Shown: piece by piece, positions 37,290 to 46,042 of the stretch | Numbering within the stretch: position 1 is the stretch's first letter | Layout of the letters: every line of letters begins with the position of its first letter | Assembly (NCBI GenBank): GCA_944350015.1 | Contig: CALVNW010000003.1 | Span: 38,907-102,906 of the forward strand | Direction: 5' to 3' | Length of the DNA: 64,000 bases | DNA from: an uncultured Clostridia bacterium | Lineage (GTDB): Bacteria > Bacillota > Clostridia > Christensenellales > UBA1242 | Notes under the pieces: generated by a model | Seen by the model: only the letters and a program-made list of their open reading frames with translations | What the model was told of the DNA's origin: nothing | Database searches by the model: none | Position numbers and translations under genes: made by a program

Positions 37290-37454
37290 ATATACCTCGT
37301 TAATTTATTATCACTTAAAATATCAAGAAATAAGTTTATTATTCTTTCAACATCTTGCTCTCGTCTGCAAAAATGGTCGGCGCCTTTTAAGTTTATTCAC
37401 TTCATCTTTCAAAAGTTTTTCTAGCCCAAGCACTGTCAAGTAAACGTTTCTCAT
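37274..37454 (-). pseudogene. remnant of an alpha/beta-hydrolase C-terminus (frameshifted fragment)
   Basis: MRNVYLTVLGLEKLLKDEVNKLK then, after a 1-nt shift in an A4 run, GADHFCRREQDVERIINLFLDIL. This is typical of the catalytic-His end of alpha/beta hydrolases. No upstream body is present. Confidence 0.35.
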
Positions 37455-37480
37455 TTTGTTTTTTGTTTTTCATAAACTCC

Positions 37481-38527
37481 TTAAAAATTTAAACTTCCTT
37501 CATAGACATAAATATAAGATAAATGTTCGCATATGTTTGAAATTGGGCTATTCACAATTACTTTTATAAGTTTTTCTTGTATACTTTCAAATTGGTGTCG
37601 GCTTAAAATACGTTCTACAATTTGCCCATTTTCTCGAATTTCTAAAATTCCTGTGCCTGCCCAAAAATCCGTCATCGATGACTTACTTGAACCAATGTGT
37701 AACCAAGCCTCACCACCTGGGCCAAGACCAAACGAAAACAAAAGTGGAATATTATTTTCTTTTTCAAAGAAATCGTTTCCTCGCACTTCATAATCAGCAT
37801 CCAAAAACGCTTCGTTAAATATTCGTGATTGCTTATATAATTCCTCTTTTTCGACATCGTTTAAGTTGGTATAATCAACAACACCATTTAGTTTAAAATT
37901 TGTTTTTGCTTTTTGAATTCTTCTTGCTTGGTCGTCTGCTGTATAGTTATTAAAGCGTTCTGTATACTCAGGCATCATTTCTTCAATCCTTGAAAGCAAT
38001 TTTTGTTTGTTAAAATTATAATCCTTATATTGTTCACGCGCGAGACTAAGTTTCAACTCAACAACTTTTTGTTTGCTGTTGAAGTATTTTAGTGCCTCTC
38101 TAAAAGTCTTTGTATATTCATCAAGTCCAGCCTGTGGAACATTGTTAAGTTCACTTAAAATAATTTCTTCACTTTCATATTCAATAGAACTCTTATTCTC
38201 AGTGTAATTGGCACAAATAGGCGACAAATATTCAAGCATAAATTTCATATTGAATATTTCTGCCCAGTCGATGGTTGGATAAGACGGAGCCCACCAGTGT
38301 TTATAGCCACCAAATGACGGAACAAAGTTCAGTGGCAATTTCTTCTCTACAATATTGTTAAGTTTTGCTTCAACATCAACTCTAACTTGTGGGTCAATAG
38401 AATACTTCCTAAACTTTTTAGCAAACAATCTGTCAATCATTTTAGTTTCAAGTTTGGTGTTGATATTATCTAAATTCAATATTTGATTGTTGATATAATC
38501 GTTAACAATGTTGTCTAAATTTTTCAT
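37481..38527 (-). CDS. hypothetical protein
   Basis: 348-aa ORF with coding-like composition. No family recognised. Confidence 0.65.
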   Translation of the reverse strand: MKNLDNIVNDYINNQILNLDNINTKLETKMIDRLFAKKFRKYSIDPQVRVDVEAKLNNIVEKKLPLNFVPSFGGYKHWWAPSYPTIDWAEIFNMKFMLEYLSPICANYTENKSSIEYESEEIILSELNNVPQAGLDEYTKTFREALKYFNSKQKVVELKLSLAREQYKDYNFNKQKLLSRIEEMMPEYTERFNNYTADDQARRIQKAKTNFKLNGVVDYTNLNDVEKEELYKQSRIFNEAFLDADYEVRGNDFFEKENNIPLLFSFGLGPGGEAWLHIGSSKSSMTDFWAGTGILEIRENGQIVERILSRHQFESIQEKLIKVIVNSPISNICEHLSYIYVYEGSLNF

Positions 38528-38542
38528 ACTTCTACTCCTTTT

Positions 38543-39289
38543 TTATTTTTCAATCTCAGTTGCAGTTGCGATGTCTGGTTCAAAATATTTCGCTTGTTTT
38601 GCTAAAAGCATAGAAAACTCTTTATTTTGTGCCGCAATATGACAACCATTTTCATTGTAAATATATCCGCCAGCCTGTTTTACTAGATATTGCCCTGGAA
38701 TATAATCCCAAAGGTTCTCGTGTCTAAAAATAGTTCCGCCAAACACACCACTAGCAACATAAGCAAAATTTACAGCAGAGCAATATGTCGCTCTGAAATT
38801 CTTATTAAATTTGTTCATTCTTACTAAACTCGGCAAAATATTTCTTCCTTCCACAACAAAAAGTCCTTTCTCGACTGGAAGATTACTCACTTCAATCTTT
38901 TCATCGTTGAGATACGCGCCTGTTTCGTCTGCCCAAAACATTTCTTTCATCATTGGAAGATATATGACAGAAGCACAAGTCTTTCCATTTTTTATACAAG
39001 CAATCTGGATTGCCCAAAGCGGAAATTTATGTGCAAAGTTGATTGTTCCATCAATAGGGTCAACTGTAAAACAATTATCCGTCAACGCGCCGTTGTTATT
39101 AAACTCCTCACTTATAATATCAAAATTAGGATAATTTTTTTTAATTTCCGCATTTATAAAATTTTCAATATCATAATCAAAATTTGTTACCAAATCTCCG
39201 TTGTCGTCCTTTGCTTTAACAATAACATCATCAGTTATTAGTTTACTCGCTTTAACAACTAAACTTTTTAAAAATTTAATTTCAGTCAT
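38543..39289 (-). CDS. inositol monophosphatase-family phosphatase
   Basis: Motifs DLVTNFD, ISEE, VDPIDGTINF and WDYIPG. Confidence 0.85.
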   Translation of the reverse strand: MTEIKFLKSLVVKASKLITDDVIVKAKDDNGDLVTNFDYDIENFINAEIKKNYPNFDIISEEFNNNGALTDNCFTVDPIDGTINFAHKFPLWAIQIACIKNGKTCASVIYLPMMKEMFWADETGAYLNDEKIEVSNLPVEKGLFVVEGRNILPSLVRMNKFNKNFRATYCSAVNFAYVASGVFGGTIFRHENLWDYIPGQYLVKQAGGYIYNENGCHIAAQNKEFSMLLAKQAKYFEPDIATATEIEK

Positions 39290-39507
39290 AACTTATTCTC
39301 CTAAATTTATCATCTCATCAAGTTTGTTAAACACAGGCTCGTAAAATTCTCATTTTAACTGTAACCTCATTCCAGCGTTGCAATACTTAATAACTTTACT
39401 TGTTGTTTTATGTCTATTCATAAAATGATTATAACATATATTAATCTAAATTGGTATGTTTTTCATAAAATTTTATTATAAGTAGGGGAGTTTAACTTAT
39501 TTTTCAC

Positions 39508-39551
39508 ACAACAAAAAAGAGTGTTATCGGCAAATCGCGTTTAACACTCTT
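39508..39551 (-). terminator. terminator of the sipW transcription unit (minus strand)
   Basis: aagagtgtta (39517-39526) / taacactctt (39542-39551). On the minus strand it is followed by TTTTTT. Confidence 0.65.
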
Positions 39552-39731
39552 TTGCTTGATTATTATTCATCATTTTTAATTTCAAGCATTTGTTTATTTT
39601 TTGCATTCAGTGGAGATATGACGCTTTGACCAATTCTTTGTTCAGTATCTTGCCTTACATTCTTTATAATACAACTGTCTTGTTTTGCCCCCTTTTTTAT
39701 TCTTTTCAAATGTGTCAGGCTTGCAGAAGGC

Positions 39732-40454
39732 CTAGTTTTTTTGTTTATTTTTTAATTCGTTGTTTGTGATTTCGGGAGGGTCGGCGAGATTGGCACTTTT
39801 GAGGAGTTGGCGATATTGATATGAGTATATGATAAGCTGATAAACATCAACTGTAATGACAAGGCTACACGGTATTGCAACAAGCGAAACAATGCCAATA
39901 GGCGAGGTGATGAAAGTGATAAATTTTGTCAAAAAATTGTCTTCTTCCACCCATTTGCCGATTACATAATCTTCATAAATTTTGACACTATCTTCGTTTA
40001 AATTGTTTGTACCTTTTGTTGTGAACCATAAAGCTCCATTTTTATCTTTTTCAATCTCTTTTATTGCGTGGAAAACAATTCTGCCTTTCGGTTTCGACCT
40101 TGGCGTGTTCGTTGCCGAAACAATTGAGAGTGTTGGACATTTTGGGTCAGCATATTGATAAAAAGCAATATAATCTCCAATTTTTAAATCTTTAGGGTTT
40201 GTCGTCTTAACAAAAATTTTATCACCTATAAAGAAACCAGCATCTTGCATTGAGCCTGAAATAATTTCCATTTGTGTGTAACCAAACACTGACGCCACGC
40301 CTGTTTTAAGTTTGGATATTACAATGGAAAAGGTAAAAATGGAAGTTAAAATGATAAAAGGAATGAAGACAATGTTAAAAACTAGGTCAAGAGTCTTCAC
40401 CACTTTCCTTACTTTATCATTTTTAGTTTTTTTCTTTTCTATTTTTTCTTCCAT
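39732..40454 (-). CDS. sipW: type I signal peptidase, SipW (archaeal/ER-type S26B) class
   Basis: SGSMQD (Ser box), IGDYIAF, VFHAI (His box), TTKGTNNLNEDS (TKGDNN-like box) and a C-terminal TM helix. Confidence 0.8.
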   Translation of the reverse strand: MEEKIEKKKTKNDKVRKVVKTLDLVFNIVFIPFIILTSIFTFSIVISKLKTGVASVFGYTQMEIISGSMQDAGFFIGDKIFVKTTNPKDLKIGDYIAFYQYADPKCPTLSIVSATNTPRSKPKGRIVFHAIKEIEKDKNGALWFTTKGTNNLNEDSVKIYEDYVIGKWVEEDNFLTKFITFITSPIGIVSLVAIPCSLVITVDVYQLIIYSYQYRQLLKSANLADPPEITNNELKNKQKN

Positions 40455-40512
40455 AAATACCTATAAATCAAAAAAGAGCAATTAAGCCCTTTTTTAGATA
40501 AATTTTATTTAA

Positions 40513-41093
40513 TTAAGCACCAACTGATTCAGTTTGGTCAAGAACAATGTTGATATTGAACGAAATAGCCTCTTCAATTTCGGTCAATTCATCCAAACCT
40601 TTTTTTGCACAAACTACAATATAGAAAGTTCCTGTACCTGGTGTTGCACCATCGTCAGTTGCCGATTGAAGAGTTACATCTGTGTCAAGAGCAACATTAT
40701 TTGCAAGGGCGTTCATCGCTGTTCCCCAAGTTTCCCCATAATAAATTGTAAGTTCTGTGTTATTTACAACGTCTGCAGTGATATGGGCATACACAATTTC
40801 GTCTGATTTGTTTGAAAAGTCGAATTTATAAGCATAATAATTGTTTCCATCACTGTAATTAAAAACAATTGGCGTTGCGTTTGCTTCTTTTGAATCTTCA
40901 TCAGCAGGCTTTGAAAGTATGCTATACCAACCCTCTTTGTTGCTTGTTTCGGAAGCCGAGATTGAATCTGTTGGAGCGGATGAAACTCCTGTTTTCCCAG
41001 TATGAATATACTCAGATACCGATACTTCAACCTTTGTTTGTCCTGAAGCTCATTGCTTGTGTGCTTCTTTTCTTTAACTGTGTATGCTCTCAA
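40513..41093 (-). pseudogene. TasA/camelysin-like protein gene lacking its signal-peptide end, with a frame break near 41050
   Basis: The frame of track ORF 40513..40794 stays open up to 41049 (ASGQTKVEVSVSEYIHTGKTG...). A different frame just upstream reads AYTVKEKKHTSNE, resembling the AYFSDKE..SN start of mature camelysin. No hydrophobic signal peptide precedes it. Confidence 0.45.
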
Positions 41094-41452
41094 AAGGGGA
41101 GTTTAACCTTAAACCTGTTTTTGGTGGCGAAAATAAGTATCGGTATTATATAATTAAAATTGTTATTCAAAATGTTTCCACCGTGCCAACAAATTATTCC
41201 GCAGACATTTTAAATGAGCTTGGCGAAGAGTTCGTTTTCACTTCACAACTTGAACTTAAATATCTTGAAAACACAAGCGAAGGCTTTTCATTGCAAGAGA
41301 TTCCTAAAATTGAAGGGGAGATGGAAGTTGACGAAATTGTTGAAAAATATATCGTTTTAACAATCAAAGAAGGATTAGATTTTTCTGATTTAATAGAAAC
41401 TTCTCCACATTCGTTTTATCTCAACATTAAGGTGGCGACAGATGAAAATTAA
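41084..41452 (+). pseudogene. 5'-truncated TasA-like domain fragment
   Basis: ..GENKYRYYIIKIVIQNVSTVPTNY...KYIVLTIKEGLDFSDL...FYLNIKVATDE resembles the beta-rich N-domains of the LRR paralogues. No signal peptide. It starts about 35 nt from the truncated minus-strand fragment. Confidence 0.4.
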
Positions 41453-44400
41453 CTCTAAATTCACCTTGTTGTTTTGTGCGTTTCGGTCTGTGTAATGGCT
41501 GTGCTTACAGGCATACTTTTGCTTGTGGATACGTATGGCCTTTTATATCAAAATTTACAGATAAAAAATGAAGTGAGTGTGGAAGCAACAGCCGATCCAA
41601 CGAAATCACAAATCTTTTATATTGATAGCGCCGAAGATTTAGACAATGTGAGAGAAAATCTCTATCAAAAAGACGAAAATGGCGATTTTATTTTAGATGG
41701 CCAAACATTTTTATTCAGATTTGCGACATTGATATGTCTGGCTGTTCATTCACACCTATCGGTGATGAGGTTTTTAATGGAAGTTATATAGGCAATAACT
41801 TTCAAATTTCAAATCTCACCATCTCTTCTGCCAACCAAAATGTTGGACTTTTTGCAGTTGTGGGCGAAAATGGTTCGATTAGTGGTGTTTCAATTGTCAA
41901 CTCTGAGGTTTCAGGCGGAACGAATGTGGGGGCGATTGCTGGAATAAACAATGGTACAATCTCGCTATCTTCAAATTATGCCACAATTTTAGGCGCTAAT
42001 GTTGGTGGGATAGCGGGCGTTAATAATGGTACTATTGAAAAATCTTTTAATGCGGGCAAGTTGTCGGGTTCTAATAATGGCGGAATTTCTAGCCAAAACT
42101 CAGGCACAATCATAAACTCCTTTAATATGGCGAATTTTTCAGGAAGTGGCATTGCAAATACAAATTCTAGCAGTATTACAAATTGCTATAACGCTGGACA
42201 AGTTTCAGTTGGCGTTGCAAGTGATGGAATGGTGACGAATTCCTATTATCTTCAGGGTATGTCAAGTTCTGGACTTGGAACCGCGCTTTCAGTGGATGTA
42301 TTCACTGGGTTTGATGCGAATAACCTTGCCGAACTTCTTAATGATGGCGGAGAAAATTTCATAATCGACCATTCATATTTGGTGAAGTTTGAAAGCGAAG
42401 AAGTAAATTATCAGTTTCCGCATATTATTGATAACTACATCAATGTCACTCATTCAAAAGCAATGAAGGTTTCGCTAGACGGAAGATATCATATTATTGA
42501 AAATACCGATATGTTTAATGCGATTGGTGGAAGTTATAACAACATTCCATATTCAACCTCGTCTAAATATATTCTTGCAGACAACCTAGATTTTTCTAAT
42601 AAAACTGCGAATGATATTGAAAGCTTTTCAGGTGAATTTTATGGCAACGGAAAAATGATTTCAAATATCAATAGGGATAAAAATAAAACCAATATGGGAC
42701 TTTTTGACGCTCTCACAAATAACGCCTATATCCACGATTTAAAACTTGACAGTGTATCGATGTATAATTCAAATGGCGATGAGGCGAACAAAGATATTTC
42801 TTGTGGCGTGCTTGTGGGAAGCCTTGGTAGTGGTGTGCGTCTTGAAAGAGTGTATGTTTATAATAGCTATGCGGACTCCGTTGGTAACACTGGCGGTGTG
42901 GTGGGGAAAAGTGTAAATGAAGGTGGTTTGAATGGTGGATATATAAAATCTTGTGGTGCATATAACACACAAGCATATTGCCGAAATGTTGCTAATGCAG
43001 GAAGTTACGATTATTGTCCTGTTGGTGGCTTTATCGGCAGAATATTTTCGGCTGTAAATATTCCAAATTCATATATCACAAACTGTTTTGCTGTGAAGGA
43101 AAACACAAATGAAGGGAATGAACTCGCTGTTGGCTATGTTTCGATTGGCGGGTTTATTGGCGAGGTAGAAAAAGGAGCAGTCGCTACAATTTCAAATTGT
43201 TTTTCGTGGGGAGCAATACATTCTATAAAAGAAACAACACTTGGAGCTAGTGGTAGTGGTAATTCAAGTATAAATGACAGCGTTGGCGGTTTCATTGGAG
43301 TTAACTTTTCAAGTGGCTTAATAATAAGTAATTGTTATGCAAATGTTCTTTTAAGGTGGGAGAAGACTTGGCTTGGGGCAGATAGTGTTCAACCGCGAAC
43401 CTTTGGACATAATGAAGGGCTTGGGAGGTTCATTTATAATTATGCTTCCACCTATAACGCTGTTAAAACGTCTGGTGCAGACCACGAATTGAATGCAAGT
43501 GATTTCCATTCTCAAGCCTCTCTTGATGAATTTGATTTTGATGGCGTTTGGAGTATGGAAAATATTGAAAATGTAGAAAATATACCCGTGCCAAATCAAG
43601 GCGGAATTCAAGTTTTGGTAGATGATAACACCTCAATAGAGATATTAAAAGAGGATGGTAGTGAAATTTTAAATACAACAAGCGAAGTAAATTTAAGCGG
43701 ACTTGCCTATGGAAATTATACGGTGGAAGTAACTCGTTATGGTCAAAATGTTTCCTACACTTTTACTCTTTCGGCTGATAATAAGTTTTCGTATATCTAT
43801 GGTAAAGCCTTTTATTCTGGTGAAGGAACTGAAACCTCGCCATATATCATCACAAATAAGGGCAATTTGAAAGTATTGACAATTCAAACGCTTTCTTCTC
43901 TCTAAAAAACAACATAAATGCTTATGGCGGTTCGATTACACCGAATGGCACTTTCAGCGGTAGCTTTGACGGAAATGGGAAGAAAATTTACAACTTTTCT
44001 ATCAATTCTTCAAGCGAGAATGTGGGACTTTTTGAAACGCTTTTAAATGCAACTGTAAAAAATCTGGAGATTTCTTCGTTTTCATTTGCCTCTCAAAACG
44101 CATCAAACACTGGCGCTTTGGCAGGCAAGACTATAAATTCGACAATTGAAGATGTGACTGTTGATTTTGGTGAGATTGTGGTTAGTTCTGGTAATATTGG
44201 CGGGCTAGCTGGTGAAATTACAGGGACGACAATCTCTAGAATAAAGTCAAATGTTAACATATACACCTCTTCGCAAAGCGGTTTTGCGGGCGGTCTTATC
44301 GGTGTTGCAACTGGTGGCTCCAACATATCTCTAAGTTTTTCAAGCGGAGATATTACAGGGCTTAATAACCTTGGTGGATTTGTTGGCAATGCTGAAAATG

Positions 44401-44780
44401 CCACTATTGAAAATTCTTACACCACCTCGTCAGTTGCGGGTAAAACTAATGACGCAAGCACGAGTGTAATAGGTGGTTTTGCTGGAAATATTTCGGCAAA
44501 TTCTTCAATTTCCACTTCGTTTATGTACGGCTCGGTTGAATCTTTAAATAGTTTGGGTAATGTTGGCGTGTTCGCTGGCGTGAATAATTCAAACAATCTG
44601 CAATCCAACTATGCTTGGAATGTTAATAACTATAAAATCATCTTTAATGGAAACAATAACGGAATATCATTTTTGTCAACAACCGAATTTTTTGAGCAGT
44701 CATCTTTTACTGGTTTTGACTTTATAGATGTTTGGACGCTTGAAAACTCCAACTATCCACTTTTTAAGTCCGTTGATTGA
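41442..44780 (+). pseudogene. GLUG-repeat surface protein gene (about 1,110 codons) broken by three frameshifts
   Basis: ATG 41442 (AAGGTGG upstream) gives MKINSKFTLLF.. then a stop. Track ORFs 41474, 41734 and 44022 continue the same protein in frames shifted the same way each time. GLUG-like repeats (NVGAIAGINNGTI..NVGGIAGVNNGTIEKSFNAG..). Each ..DIDMSGCSFTPIG.. and ..ITPNGTFSGSFDGNGKKI.. module matches the giant protein end modules. Confidence 0.75.
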
Positions 44781-44861
44781 TGTATTGCTATTTTCGGCTG
44801 TGTGGTGGGATTAACCGAACGCCTAAAGCTGGGGTACATAGAATATGCACTCCTCAAAAGA

Positions 44862-44895
44862 CAGTTAGTTAAAGATACTAACTGAAAAATTTTTT
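44862..44895. terminator. bidirectional terminator
   Basis: cagttagt / actaactg stem followed by aaaaatttttt. Confidence 0.6.
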
Positions 44896-44934
44896 AACAG
44901 CTTCAATTAAAAAGAAAGGGGAACCACAATAAAA

Positions 44935-45246
44935 TTAATAGATACGGTTAAGTTCCTCTTTAAAAAAGCGTTCTCTGGCAGAGATATACTTACTGATAGT
45001 CTCAAAGAGATATTTTTCTCTTTGGAGAGAGTTCATTTTAATAAGTTTATTTTCATCCATTAATAGTTTAATAGGATTAGTGACATTTTTATTTTTATTT
45101 AACATTTCCTTCACCTTATTATAGAATTTATCATCATTATTACTTATAATTTTAATACTAACATTTGGATATGTATCTTTCAAACTTTTATTCAAAAGTC
45201 TGTTTTTGGCTCTATTTGCCATTATTTTTAATATGTCATTACGCAT
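44935..45246 (-). CDS. hypothetical small basic protein
   Basis: 103-aa ORF. No family recognised. Confidence 0.5.
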   Translation of the reverse strand: MRNDILKIMANRAKNRLLNKSLKDTYPNVSIKIISNNDDKFYNKVKEMLNKNKNVTNPIKLLMDENKLIKMNSLQREKYLFETISKYISARERFFKEELNRIY

Positions 45247-45725
45247 ATTTAAAACTCCTTTTAAGATATAAAAATCATAAGATTGTCACTTAAGACAAGA
45301 ACAATTATATAATATATATAAAATAAAACCAAACAAAAAAGAGTTGAAAAATGTTGAAAAGTGTTGAATAATGTTGAATTAACCTTAGTTTTTCAGTCTT
45401 ACGCTTGCACCAACCTTAGGTTGCGAGCCTCACGCTCGGCGCCAGCATTATGCTGGACATTTATCGTAGAATTTGTCTGTTATTGTGTTGTACCTTGGTC
45501 CAGCAAGCCTTACGCTTGGCGATTATCGTTGAGTGCAACTGTTGTTTTATTGTATCTTGGTCCGCCAGAGTATATTAAAAGAAGAAGTGTCGAGGACACT
45601 TTTAATCGCCGAAAGGCGCGTATTTTAGTTGCCAAAGGCAACCAAAATACCCCTTAGAAACCCTAAAGCTTAGAAAGACCCCACATTTTTTGTCTGAAAA
45701 ATTTTTTCGAAGTACGTCAATTTGC

Positions 45726-45789
45726 TTGACAAAAAATGCGGGGGGGGTAAAATAGGTTAGCAAAAATAAATTTTTGCTAACCTATTTTA
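45726..45789 (+). promoter_or_regulatory. P1 promoter with G8 spacer tract and palindrome (copy 2)
   Basis: TTGACA 45726-45731, G8 45740-45747, TAAAAT 45748-45753. Palindrome arms 45748-45767 and 45770-45789. Confidence 0.55.
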
Positions 45790-45888
45790 TATTTTTCATA
45801 TATTTTAGTTTAATTTACTCTTAAAACAACAAATTGAAAATATTTTAAAATTTGTTATTAAATTTGACGCAATTGTGACGACACGCCT

Positions 45889-45917
45889 GTGACAAAGGGT
45901 AAATTAAAGGTTAAAAT
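45889..45917 (+). promoter_or_regulatory. P2 candidate proximal promoter (copy 2)
   Basis: GTGACA, 17-nt spacer, TAAAAT. Confidence 0.35.
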
Positions 45918-45928
45918 AGGGGTGAATA

Positions 45929-45953
45929 ATGCAAAAATCGTCGATTTTTGCAT
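45929..45953 (+). promoter_or_regulatory. 25-nt perfect palindrome in the leader just downstream of P2 (copy 2)
   Basis: atgcaaaaatcg t cgatttttgcat. Identical at 59413-59437. Confidence 0.5.
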
Positions 45954-46042
45954 AATACTAGATTATTTTACGCAAAGTAATATTAAAAACAAATGCCGAA
46001 AGGTGCCTCTTACTACGAGAGGGTTTTTAAAAGGAGAAAGGT

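Larger units (their letters stand above)
45411..46042 (+). repeat. conserved mosaic upstream cassette, copy 2 of 4 (before LRR gene 46043)
   Basis: Contains two 40-nt units (45462-45501, 45524-45563). A block identical to copy 1 lies at about 45600-45690. The promoter/palindrome block is present. The last roughly 155 nt are nearly identical to copy 4. Confidence 0.85.

Noticed and set aside
39300-39430. A 42-codon minus-strand ORF upstream of the IMPase gene containing another in-frame TGA
   Set aside because: The open stretch after the TGA is only 15 codons, which is readily expected by chance in this composition. There is no recognisable motif on either side.
41472-43895. Programmed ribosomal frameshifting in the GLUG gene
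   Set aside because: None of the three sites has a canonical X XXY YYZ slippery heptamer or an obvious downstream stimulatory structure. Three consecutive obligatory shifts would be unprecedented. Mutation or homopolymer length change is the simpler explanation.
45462-45563. The 40-nt repeated units as a CRISPR array or tracrRNA
   Set aside because: At most two units occur in tandem, with a 22-nt interval. Copies are diverged rather than identical. There are no cas genes in the window. The units are always part of the surface-gene cassette.
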